A DNA stretch of 45,693 nt, taken from positions 1 to 45,693 of the forward strand of contig JAGLLA010000009.1 of assembly GCA_023140775.1 (NCBI GenBank), given 5' to 3'. The stretch is from Candidatus Parcubacteria bacterium. Its GTDB lineage: Bacteria > Patescibacteriota > Minisyncoccia > JAHIHE01 > JAGLIN01. The notes below the pieces were generated by a model. That model saw only the letters and a list, made by a program, of their open reading frames with translations. It had not been told where the DNA came from and did not search any database. The position numbers and the translations under genes are program-made. Numbering within the stretch: the stretch's first letter is position 1; each line of letters begins with the position of its first letter. Of the stretch, positions 27,791 to 35,983 are shown piece after piece.

Positions 27791-28576
27791 CTATTTCGGC
27801 AAATTCTTTCCTCTGAGTTCTCGCCAGAGGGAGTCGAACATAAACTTGAAGACACTAAAAAATTCTTGGTTGTCGATAATCAAACCGTAATATGGTTTTT
27901 TGAGGAAAAGGAGAGCGACTTTGTTGCCATAAAGAAAAATTGCGGTGTCGAGGTCTTTGAGCTCGGGTAAAAATCTATATTCTCTAATATCTGTCTCCTC
28001 AAGGCGCCATAGTCTAACTTCTTCCTTGTGATGATCGGCAATTACATAGCCCTTGTTGCCAATCTCTCTTCTTTTTTGTATGATTTTTTTCATCATCACT
28101 TTCTTTCCATAAATGTCAAAAAACTTTCCTGGCACGACCATCCACGATGTTTCTCCCGATTCAATCATATCTCCGAGAATTTTCCACATGTTTTCCTTGC
28201 CTTCGTAATATCGGACCAAAGGCATAGTAGAATTCTTTTTTCCGAGAGCTTCGAATTGGGGCAGTTGAGAAATGATCTCATCTTCTTGCTCGTTGATGGT
28301 TTGTTTTTCAAGCTCGATTAATTTGAGAAGTTTTTCAGGATTTTGAGCAATGACGGTTTGCTTTCCCTTATCTTCACTCAAGGAAATGAGTCCTTTTTCC
28401 TTGAGATTTTCGATAATAGCATAGGCATTCGATCTTTTTATTTTCGCCTTTTGTGCAATGGAACTAATTGGCGCACTACCCATTTTCAAAATTGCCAGAT
28501 AGATATCCGCCTCTTTTTTGGAAAAATTTAGTTGTTGGAGAATTTGTTGCATATTGTATAAATTAATTTTCTGCAA
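27791..28576 (-). CDS. TrmB-family winged-helix transcriptional regulator, paralog 2
   Basis: FSKKEADIYLAILKMGSAPISSIAQKAKIKRSNAYAIIENLKEKGLIS; C-terminus FMFDSLWRELRGKNLPK. By alignment to its paralogs, the start is more likely ATG at 28552 (MQQILQQLNF). Confidence 0.75.
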   Translation of the reverse strand: MQKINLYNMQQILQQLNFSKKEADIYLAILKMGSAPISSIAQKAKIKRSNAYAIIENLKEKGLISLSEDKGKQTVIAQNPEKLLKLIELEKQTINEQEDEIISQLPQFEALGKKNSTMPLVRYYEGKENMWKILGDMIESGETSWMVVPGKFFDIYGKKVMMKKIIQKRREIGNKGYVIADHHKEEVRLWRLEETDIREYRFLPELKDLDTAIFLYGNKVALLFLKKPYYGLIIDNQEFFSVFKFMFDSLWRELRGKNLPK

Positions 28577-28578
28577 TT

Positions 28579-28594
28579 CCCCCCGATAAGGGGG
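28579..28594 (+). repeat. GC-rich palindromic element, copy E1 (CCCCCCGATAAGGGGG)
   Basis: A self-complementary GC island in an AT-rich spacer, about 30 nt upstream of the likely TrmB paralog 2 start. Confidence 0.8.
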
Positions 28595-28669
28595 TTTGAA
28601 TGTAGATTATGAGGTAAATTAAAAAGAATTATTAATTAAATCTTATTGTAGGCTTAATGATGCTTTAAG

Positions 28670-28701
28670 CCCACCCCAACACTCCCTTATCGGGGAGGGA
28701 G
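28670..28701 (-). repeat. GC-rich palindromic element, copy E2 (inverted relative to E1)
   Basis: The reverse complement reads ctccctCCCCGATAAGGGagtgttGGGGtGGGC. It shares the CCCCGATAAGGG core and a trailing G-tract with E1 and E3. Confidence 0.75.
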
Positions 28702-28711
28702 TTAATAAATC

Positions 28712-29473
28712 CTATTTTGGCAGATTATTTCCATCTAATTCTTTCCAAAGCGATTGAAACATAAATTTCATCACAGTCACAAGCTCTGTATTTTCGATCA
28801 TTAATCCACTCAGAGGTTCTTTGAAAAAGATCAAAGATACTTTGTCACCATAGATATAAATTGTTGAATCAATTTTGATGTTTTCAGGAGCAAAGCGAAT
28901 TTCACGCGCATCGGTCTCATTTATTCTCCACAATTTTTCCATTATGGGATGGTGGTCGGTGATAAGAAAGCCTTTTGTTTTTGTTTCAGATCGTTTTTCA
29001 ATTACTTCTTTCATCATGCGGTCGATTCCAAAGACATCATAAATTTTTCCTGGTACGATAATCCAAGCTGTTTCTTTTGAAGCGATGAGGTCATTGACGA
29101 TATTAAAAACTCCCTCTTTTTCTTCAAAATATTGAACAGTAGGTGCTTTTATATTTTTTTGAAATAGTTTTTGCAGTTCAGGTAGTGATTTTTGAATTAA
29201 TTTCTTCTTCTTCGCGATTTTCTTTTTTTTCTGATTAATAAGATCAAGAAGTTGATCAGGATGTTCACAAACAAAAACTTGCTTGTTATCCCTTTTTTCA
29301 AGGGAAATTAGCCCCATTTCGCATAATTTTTCCAAAATAACATAAGTTGTTGGTCTTTTGATTCTCGCCTGTTTAGCAAGCTTGCTGATTGAACCGCTTT
29401 GCAATTTCAAAGCCGAGAGATAAATATCAATCTCTTTTTCAGAAAAATTTAGTTTTTGTAATATTTCTCGCAT
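28712..29473 (-). CDS. TrmB-family winged-helix transcriptional regulator, paralog 3
   Basis: MREILQKLNFSEKEIDIYLSALKLQSGSISKLAKQARIKRPTTYVILEKLCEMGLIS; C-terminus FMFQSLWKELDGNNLPK. The start is reset to ATG 29473 because the ORF-track N-terminus reads through GC-rich element E3. Confidence 0.75.
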   Translation of the reverse strand: MREILQKLNFSEKEIDIYLSALKLQSGSISKLAKQARIKRPTTYVILEKLCEMGLISLEKRDNKQVFVCEHPDQLLDLINQKKKKIAKKKKLIQKSLPELQKLFQKNIKAPTVQYFEEKEGVFNIVNDLIASKETAWIIVPGKIYDVFGIDRMMKEVIEKRSETKTKGFLITDHHPIMEKLWRINETDAREIRFAPENIKIDSTIYIYGDKVSLIFFKEPLSGLMIENTELVTVMKFMFQSLWKELDGNNLPK

Positions 29474-29525
29474 AAAGTTAAATTTAGTCTCGTAATATAT
29501 TTGGCCTTCTCGATTTCCTCTGAGT

Positions 29526-29564
29526 TCCCCCTGATAAGGGGGTTGGGGGGTTGTGAAAGTGGGG
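29526..29564 (+). repeat. GC-rich palindromic element, copy E3 (CCCCCTGATAAGGGGGttGGGGGGttgtgaaagtGGGGC)
   Basis: Same core as E1 and E2; lies 53-91 nt upstream of the TrmB paralog 3 start. Confidence 0.75.
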
Positions 29565-29593
29565 CTTATTACCACCAGGCTGAAAAAATCGAC

Positions 29594-29621
29594 GGTTCCA
29601 TAGTCCCGAAGGGCTGTGGAA
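29594..29621 (-). other. GC-rich imperfect hairpin, followed 6 nt later by T6 on the minus strand (terminator-like)
   Basis: The minus strand reads GTTCCACAGCCC-ttc-GGGACTATGGAAC then cgtcgaTTTTTT. Confidence 0.4.
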
Positions 29622-29866
29622 CTGAAATGCAAAACAAGGTAAATAAATTATATAAATATCTTCTGAATAATCGTCATTTTGGAGTACTGACATGCATCAG
29701 CATAAACTCCTCGATTGAATCTTTTTCAGTCACTTATATCTCCATTATACTCTAAAAATCATAGATTGTCAACAAGAGTTGACAACAAAACAATATAAAA
29801 AAAGGCGTCAAATAAGCAATAATAACAAATATTATGTAATAAAAAAAACATAAACTGGTATAACGA

Positions 29867-29895
29867 TTGACAGAAATAGAAATTTATGATATAGT
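29867..29895 (+). promoter_or_regulatory. Near-consensus sigma70 promoter with an extended -10
   Basis: TTGACA (29867-29872), 17-nt spacer ending in TGa, then TATAGT (29890-29895). Confidence 0.65.
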
Positions 29896-30098
29896 ACTAT
29901 GTTGACGATGAGAAATGAATATGCAAATCGCCAACCTTTGAAAAAATTTCAGAGTTGTACATTGAAAATAAGATATCCAAAAAACTTCAGGGCTGCGAAT
30001 TGTTTGAGAAAACTCTTGATCATTTCGTAGTCTTCAAGAAAATTTCTCCAGAACTAAAAATGCTCTCAAGGCAAAGATTTTGAGAGCGAGGTGAAAAA

Positions 30099-30302
30099 AT
30101 GATTATAATGAATAATGATACAATAACAGTTACTTTTTCAGAAGATATATTCACTAAAGTAATCATTATACTGTCTCTTTTATTGATCGTGGCATGCAAT
30201 TATTTGGTCATGTATGGCATCTTCCCAATAATATCATTTATTATGGCAGTAATAATATTTTTTGTTTTAGTTAGGTTTCTAATTTGGCTTAGCCATCAAT
30301 GA
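30099..30302 (+). CDS. Small two-helix membrane protein (67 aa)
   Basis: GAGGTG lies 6 nt upstream of the ATG. It has two hydrophobic helices and is followed by a strong terminator. Confidence 0.5.
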   Translation: MIIMNNDTITVTFSEDIFTKVIIILSLLLIVACNYLVMYGIFPIISFIMAVIIFFVLVRFLIWLSHQ

Positions 30303-30310
30303 AGCTCATG

Positions 30311-30361
30311 ACAGGTGTTCTGATTTGCTTATAAAATAATCAAATCAGACCCTGTTTTTTT
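30311..30361 (+). terminator. Rho-independent terminator (long hairpin plus T7)
   Basis: ACAGG-tgt-TCTGATTTG ... CAAATCAGA-c-CCTGT followed by ttttttt. Confidence 0.8.
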
Positions 30362-30531
30362 ATTTGGAAAATTTAAGTACGCTAGTCTATGAATAAATAT
30401 TGTATCATTGAAAGATACAAGGATGTGTAAAGATGTATTTAGACTTGCAAATTATTTAAATGCATGTTATAAATTTTAGTGATCACAGGTTTTATGGTAG
30501 AGTTTTTCATTGAGACTATATCGCAAGAACA

Positions 30532-31095
30532 GTGATTAAATTTATAAATACAGGACTAAAAGGAGGAAGTTCTTTGACAACTAAACCAGATATAGAGAAA
30601 AAATTCTTAGTCGACCCCAGCAAGCTTCCTGCAGATTTTGCAGAGTATCTACATTGTAATATAAGGTATGTTTATCTCACGCGACCAGAAGATTCTATTC
30701 AGGTAAGATTGCGCGCACAAATTCATAGAAATAAGGCGCTGTTCCTTTTGGCAACAAAAATTGGATCTGGGATAAAAAGAACGAAAACAGAATGCTTAAT
30801 AAACAGTGAGGCATTTTATAAATTTTACAGAGATAATCAAAATATTTCTCTTGTAAAAGAAAGATTTATGATTGAATATCAGGGTGTTATGATCGAAGTG
30901 GATATTTATGATTACATGCCTGATAAGCCATTTTCAGAAATGAAAATTACTGCTAAAATAGAACTTGGAAGTGAAGATCAGCTCAATGATATGAACTTGC
31001 CAAGTTGGATTAAAAGAGAAGTAACAAACGATATTAGATATAGTAATATTCGTATTGCAGAATTTGGATTCCCTACGGAAGAAGTTGAAACATAA
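30532..31095 (+). CDS. CYTH-domain protein (CyaB/thiamine-triphosphatase-like triphosphate tunnel enzyme)
   Basis: DIEKKFLV matches the CYTH N-terminal ExExK signature. AAGGAGG lies 7 nt upstream of TTG at 30574, which is the more likely start. Confidence 0.55.
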   Translation: MIKFINTGLKGGSSLTTKPDIEKKFLVDPSKLPADFAEYLHCNIRYVYLTRPEDSIQVRLRAQIHRNKALFLLATKIGSGIKRTKTECLINSEAFYKFYRDNQNISLVKERFMIEYQGVMIEVDIYDYMPDKPFSEMKITAKIELGSEDQLNDMNLPSWIKREVTNDIRYSNIRIAEFGFPTEEVET

Positions 31096-31340
31096 GAACT
31101 GGAGGTATAGAATATAATTAAGAGCAATATATTTGAGATTCAAAAAAGAAACTCAAATTGAGCTCTGTTTTTTTATATATAATTGTCATCCTAAGTGAAG
31201 TCGAGGTCTTGGATCCGCCTTGGGTGGGGATACTTCTTGATTAAATAGGTAATAAATAATTCCGTGAAATAAAGAGGGATTTCTGTCAAAGGCGAATACA
31301 TCGGAATTGTGATTGTTTTCTAATTCATTGATAAAAACTT

Positions 31341-31366
31341 TGTCATTCTGAATTTAATTCAGAATC
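31341..31366 (+). repeat. Hairpin repeat tgtcattctgaatttaattcagaatc (dispersed TGTCATYCTGA family)
   Basis: ATTCTGAAT/ATTCAGAAT forms a 9-bp stem. An inverted partner lies at 31491-31516. Confidence 0.7.
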
Positions 31367-31490
31367 TTTATTTTTGTACATTAAAACAAGTTAATAAATC
31401 ACTAACTAAACTATTTATTAAAGTATAATTATATTCTATTTATACAATAGCACTATGAATATAGTATAAATTGAAGCCTAATTTAACAGA

Positions 31491-31516
31491 GATTCTGAAT
31501 AAATTTCAGGATGACA
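31491..31516 (-). repeat. Hairpin repeat, inverted copy (minus strand tgtcatcctgaaatttattcagaatc)
   Basis: Near-identical to 31341-31366 in opposite orientation, about 125 nt away. Confidence 0.7.
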
Positions 31517-31579
31517 GAATTAAAGTGTATTTTGTTGGTAAATTGACAGATATTTGGAGGAATGACAAATGAATAATAT

Positions 31580-33184
31580 CTAATCCTCTGTGATGATCTC
31601 TGTTGTTTCAAATTTTGTCTTAAACAATCTTTTTTGAATTGAATTCCTGAAAACAATAAACTCTTCAATTTTCAAGATCCAGCTCAAGATGCAGTACAGG
31701 ACAAGTCCAACAATTCCAGCAATGAATCCTTGCAGGAAGATGCCAACTCCAGTTGAGGTATTGAGAAATGGTTCGACAAAATATAAAGTTTGATATGACA
31801 AGTAACCAGAGGCAAGCGCAGCTCCTGAAATTTTTAGGAGTGGTTTATAGATTCGATTATGACAGATAAAGTTTGTTTTTTTGTTGATAAAATAATAAAG
31901 CAAGAGGGCATTAATGATAGCGGAAATTGAAAAGGCTCCAATCAGTCCGATCAGTCCATATTGAGCAGATAGATAAAAGGCGAGAGCCACATTTACGATG
32001 ACACTGAAAAGCGAGGTTAGAAATGGAGTTTTGGCATCATGCAGAGCCCAAAAAGCTCGAGAAAACAAAGGAATAACTCCTTGCGCAAAAAGGCTGATTG
32101 AAAAAATAGCGACAGCATCAAGAAGCATGGTTGTTTCGTTCCAACCAATTTCTCCAGTTCCAAAGATTGTACGCACAATTTGAGCGCGTAAAATTAGAAG
32201 TAAGACGCTAACAGGAATAATAAAAAATAGAATCTGTTTAGTGGTAGTGGTGAGATTTCTAGCGAATTCTTTTTTGTTTTCACTGAGAGCCGAAAGTGTT
32301 GGAAATGAGGCCACAGCAAAAGATATTGCAAAAAGTCCCAATGGAAAACTTTGCAAGTTGTTGGCAAAGTTGAAAGCGCTTAAACTTCCTTCTTGTAGAG
32401 TTGAAGCGATGATGGTAATCACAATTAAATTCAGTTGAACTGTGATGAGAGTTAAGGTTCGCGGAATCATCATTTTGATTATTTTTCTGGCACCACTGTC
32501 TTTGAAGTCTAAGATAAATTGATAGCTAAATCCGAGTTTTTTGACAATTGGAACTTGGACTGCAAAATGAAAAAATGATCCCAAGACAACTCCCCAGGCC
32601 AGTCCATGAATTCCCCAAATTGGCGCAAAATAAAGAGCTCCAATGATAATCCCAATGTTGTACATGATAGGGGAGAGAGAATAGACAAAGAATCTGTGAT
32701 ACGATTGAAGAATTCCTCCAGTAATACTGCTTAAAAGGAGAAAAACAGGACTGAGAAACATAATACGTGTCAATTCGATGGTCAGGTCTTTTTTCTCAGG
32801 CGAAAAGCCAGGGGTTAGAAGAGAGACGATTGTTGGCGAAAATATAATTCCCAAAAGACACAAAAAAAGCAATGTGACCATCACCAAATTCAAGACAGCA
32901 TTAGCGGTTTTGAAAGCTTCCTTTTCCTTTTTTTGTGAGACTAGTTTGGCAAAGACTGGTATAAATCCCGCAGAAATTGCGCCAAGTACAACAATGTTGA
33001 AAATCAGATCTGGAACTCGAAATGAGGCAAAATAGATATCAAGTTCATTTCCAAGTCCGAATGTTCCTGCTAAGATTCGATCTCGGTATAAACCGAGAAA
33101 TTTACTGGCAAGCGAGGCAATTGCCAATATAAGGGCAGCAGATGTAATTGAGCTTATTTTTCCGTTTATCAGTCTTTTTATCAT
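31580..33184 (-). CDS. murJ: Lipid II flippase MurJ (MviN family)
   Basis: 534 aa with about 14 TM segments. N-terminal SKFLGLYRDRILAGTFGLGNELDIYFASFRVPDLIFNIVVLGAISAGFIPVF is the conserved MurJ N-terminus. Confidence 0.9.
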   Translation of the reverse strand: MIKRLINGKISSITSAALILAIASLASKFLGLYRDRILAGTFGLGNELDIYFASFRVPDLIFNIVVLGAISAGFIPVFAKLVSQKKEKEAFKTANAVLNLVMVTLLFLCLLGIIFSPTIVSLLTPGFSPEKKDLTIELTRIMFLSPVFLLLSSITGGILQSYHRFFVYSLSPIMYNIGIIIGALYFAPIWGIHGLAWGVVLGSFFHFAVQVPIVKKLGFSYQFILDFKDSGARKIIKMMIPRTLTLITVQLNLIVITIIASTLQEGSLSAFNFANNLQSFPLGLFAISFAVASFPTLSALSENKKEFARNLTTTTKQILFFIIPVSVLLLILRAQIVRTIFGTGEIGWNETTMLLDAVAIFSISLFAQGVIPLFSRAFWALHDAKTPFLTSLFSVIVNVALAFYLSAQYGLIGLIGAFSISAIINALLLYYFINKKTNFICHNRIYKPLLKISGAALASGYLSYQTLYFVEPFLNTSTGVGIFLQGFIAGIVGLVLYCILSWILKIEEFIVFRNSIQKRLFKTKFETTEIITED

Positions 33185-33380
33185 TGAGGAGTTTTGTTAG
33201 TTGTTACATATCTATTCTATCGTATATTATGAAAATAGACAAAGAATCGAAATAAATTTTATTTTCCAACATTAAATTGCTGATTTATTTACATTATTTC
33301 TGGAATTGAGCTATTTTAATATAGATCCAGAAATGATATAATGAGATTAACTTTAAACTGTATTTAATCATAAATATCAT

Positions 33381-33950
33381 ATGAAATTTATAAAAAAAAC
33401 GACTTGGAAGGAAGTATTTCAAAATTGGAAAATTGCTGAAGCTGATAATCCACAGTGGATCCATTGTGCGACAAAGATCAAGGGGTGGTCTGATTGGGAA
33501 TCTTGGAGAAAACATACTGCCACGCAATTAAATTTGCAAAATAGAAATTGGAAAATTTATGAATTTGATGATCCGATTAATGAAATTCCGCAAATGTTAA
33601 TCGGACCCTTTTCGGGTTGGCAATCTCGAGTTTTGAAAAAAAATCTTTCTTCTTTTTTTGATTTGATTAGCACGCCAAAAGAATATAAGAATTTTAAAAA
33701 TAATAATAAAATAATTTCAATATTAAAAAACCAATCATTTGGTGCAGATTTGATTGGTATTTTTCGCGAAGATATGAATCGAATTGTTTGCATCGAAGGA
33801 CATCACAGAGCAATCGCACTTGCAATCGCCAAAAAAGAGGGGATGAAATTAAAGTTTGAGAAGCCAGTTCGAATTGCATTTGCAAAATTACCAAAAGACG
33901 AAGTTTTCTTAATTGATAAAACATTGAAAAGAGGGTCTTCAAAAAAATAA
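33381..33950 (+). CDS. Hypothetical protein with an EGHHR motif (possibly a ParB/sulfiredoxin-like fold)
   Basis: VCIEGHHRAIALAIAKKEG resembles the (D/E)GxHR motif of ParB-like nuclease domains. I have no other support. Confidence 0.3.
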   Translation: MKFIKKTTWKEVFQNWKIAEADNPQWIHCATKIKGWSDWESWRKHTATQLNLQNRNWKIYEFDDPINEIPQMLIGPFSGWQSRVLKKNLSSFFDLISTPKEYKNFKNNNKIISILKNQSFGADLIGIFREDMNRIVCIEGHHRAIALAIAKKEGMKLKFEKPVRIAFAKLPKDEVFLIDKTLKRGSSKK

Positions 33951-34111
33951 AGATGAACATTTATCTTTGTTTTGCCAATTTAGCTAAAAATTTTTGAAAA
34001 AATATATTGAATTGATAAAACATCTCGATATTTATATCGGCTTGAGTTATCAAAATGATTATTTTTAAATAACTTGTTGGCTTGCTATAAGGTGATTTAT
34101 TAGAAAAAATT

Positions 34112-34180
34112 TGTGTCCCCGGCAGGTATCCGTAAGCCTCCTCCCGAGGCGGACACAGCGTCGCATGAAGGGGAACCTAC
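34112..34180 (-). pseudogene. tRNA-Arg 3' fragment whose T-loop is interrupted by a 41-nt GC-rich insert
   Basis: The minus strand reads GTAGGTTC-[cccttcatgcgacgctgtgtccgcctcgggaggaggcttacg]-GATACCTGCCGGGGACA. Compare GTAGGTTCGATTCCTGCCGAGGACA in the intact tRNA 39 nt upstream. Confidence 0.6.
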
Positions 34181-34218
34181 TTTTAATGCTGAAGGCCTTA
34201 TTATTAGATAATGTTTTG

Positions 34219-34290
34219 TGTCCTCGGCAGGAATCGAACCTACATCTAGAGCTTAGGAGGCTCTTGTTCTATCCGTTGAACTACGAGGAC
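34219..34290 (-). tRNA. tRNA-Arg (anticodon CCT); no encoded CCA
   Basis: Acceptor GTCCTCG/CGAGGAC, D stem GTTC/GAAC, anticodon stem AGAGC/GCTCT with loop CTCCTAA, T arm GTAGG-TTCGATT-CCTGC. Confidence 0.9.
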
Positions 34291-34425
34291 AAGATATGTG
34301 CTACTATATAAATATAACAGGATTTTAGCTGTAGTCAATTGTTTATTTGGGAGAATTTTCAATATGGTATATTTATAACTCAGGCTTTGCATTTACAGTC
34401 TTTTATTATATGTTAGACTATATTC

Positions 34426-35907
34426 ATGAAGATTCCACAGGAGATACAATCAATTCTCGAAAAGATCCAAAAAGAAGGCTTTGAAGCTTATATTGTCGGC
34501 GGAAGCGTGCGAGATTTTTTGCTTGAAAAAAAACCAAAAGATTGGGATATCACCACTAATGCAAAACCTGAGGAAATTCAAAAGATCTTTACAAAAAGTT
34601 TTTATAACAATACTTTTGGAACTGTCACAGTAATAAACAAAGATGCAGATGATAAAAGTTTGAAGAATATTGAAATCACAACTTATAGAATTGATACAGG
34701 ATACAGCGATCGGAGGCATCCAGATGAAGTTAAATTCACTCCAAATCTGAAAGAAGATTTGGCTCGCCGCGATTTTACGATCAACGCTATGGCTTTACAA
34801 GTTAAAAATGAAAAGCAAAAAGCTAAAAGTAGTGAAATGTTAAAAGTGAAAAATTATGAAATTGTTGATTTATTTGGTGGGCAGGAAGATTTGAAAAAAA
34901 AGTTGATCAAGGCGGTGGGCGAGGCGGAAAAAAGATTTTCAGAGGATGCTCTCAGAATGCTTCGAGCAGTTCGATTTTCAGCTCAACTTGGCTTTGAGAT
35001 CGAAAAGAAAACTTTTCAGGCTATGCAGAAAAATAGTGAATTATTGAAATTTGTATCGCAGGAAAGAATTCGTGATGAATTTCAAAGAATAATTCTCTCA
35101 GACAGAGCTTATGAAGGAGTTGAACTTCTACGCACTTCAGGACTTCTGAGTTATATTATTCCTGAACTTGAACAGGGGATTGGAGTGGCACAAAACAAAC
35201 ATCATATTTATACAATATATGAACATTGCGCGCTTTCTTTGAGGTATTGTCCCAGTAAAAAACTAGAGGTTCGTCTGGCATCTCTTTTTCATGATATCGC
35301 CAAACCTCAGACAAAGGCAGGAACAGGTCCTGACAGTACATTTTACAATCACGATTATGTCGGCGCTAAATTTGCCAGAAAAATTTTATCGCGTCTTAAG
35401 TTTTCAAACAAGGTTGTCGACAAAGTTGCTCTGCTCGTCAAAAATCATATGTTCTACTATAATGTTGATGAAGTTTCAGAGGCTGGAATAAGAAGATTGA
35501 TCAAAAGAGTTGGAAAAGATAATTTGAAAGATCTGATGGATTTGCGAATTGCTGATCGACTAGGTAGCGGTGTGCCAAAAGCAAAGCCATACAAACTTCG
35601 TCATCTGGAATATTTGATCGAAAAAGTAAGCAGAGATCCAATTTCTGCCAAGATGCTCATGATCAACGGACAGGACATCATGAAAATTCTCAAGGCAAAG
35701 CCTGGACCAAAAATCGGAGCTATTCTCAAAGTTCTTCTTTCAGAAATAATCGAAAATCCTAAAAACAATACAAAAGAATATCTGGATAAAAGAACAAAAG
35801 AACTATACGAACTTTCACCCGAGGAGATAAGAAATAGTGAAAAGATCATTGAGGAAAAAAAAGAAGAAGAGGATATGGAAGATAAAAAGAAATTTTGGGT
35901 GAAATAA
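34426..35907 (+). CDS. cca: CCA-adding enzyme (tRNA nucleotidyltransferase) with an HD domain
   Basis: YIVGGSVRDFLLEKKPKDWDITT, RRDFTINAMA and LFHDIAKP ... DHM motifs. Confidence 0.9.
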   Translation: MKIPQEIQSILEKIQKEGFEAYIVGGSVRDFLLEKKPKDWDITTNAKPEEIQKIFTKSFYNNTFGTVTVINKDADDKSLKNIEITTYRIDTGYSDRRHPDEVKFTPNLKEDLARRDFTINAMALQVKNEKQKAKSSEMLKVKNYEIVDLFGGQEDLKKKLIKAVGEAEKRFSEDALRMLRAVRFSAQLGFEIEKKTFQAMQKNSELLKFVSQERIRDEFQRIILSDRAYEGVELLRTSGLLSYIIPELEQGIGVAQNKHHIYTIYEHCALSLRYCPSKKLEVRLASLFHDIAKPQTKAGTGPDSTFYNHDYVGAKFARKILSRLKFSNKVVDKVALLVKNHMFYYNVDEVSEAGIRRLIKRVGKDNLKDLMDLRIADRLGSGVPKAKPYKLRHLEYLIEKVSRDPISAKMLMINGQDIMKILKAKPGPKIGAILKVLLSEIIENPKNNTKEYLDKRTKELYELSPEEIRNSEKIIEEKKEEEDMEDKKKFWVK

Positions 35908-35918
35908 ATTTAAATTAC

Positions 35919-35951
35919 AAAAAAGGACTAGTATTGAGATAGTCTTTTTTT
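35919..35951. terminator. Bidirectional terminator between convergent genes
   Basis: aaaaaaGGACTA-gtattgaga-TAGTCttttttt. Confidence 0.7.
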
Positions 35952-35983
35952 GTTTGTTAAAATAAATTATATTAAGATTTTCA

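Noticed and set aside
29474-29632. N-terminal 53 residues of tracked ORF 28712..29632
   Set aside because: It translates through GC-rich palindromic element E3 and the adjacent hairpin. Paralogs 1 and 2 start at the position equivalent to MREILQKLNF (29473).
34111-34311. Plus-strand ORF 34111..34311 (66 aa)
   Set aside because: It overlaps the antisense of tRNA-Arg and its duplicated fragment. The open frame is created by the GC-rich tRNA sequence.
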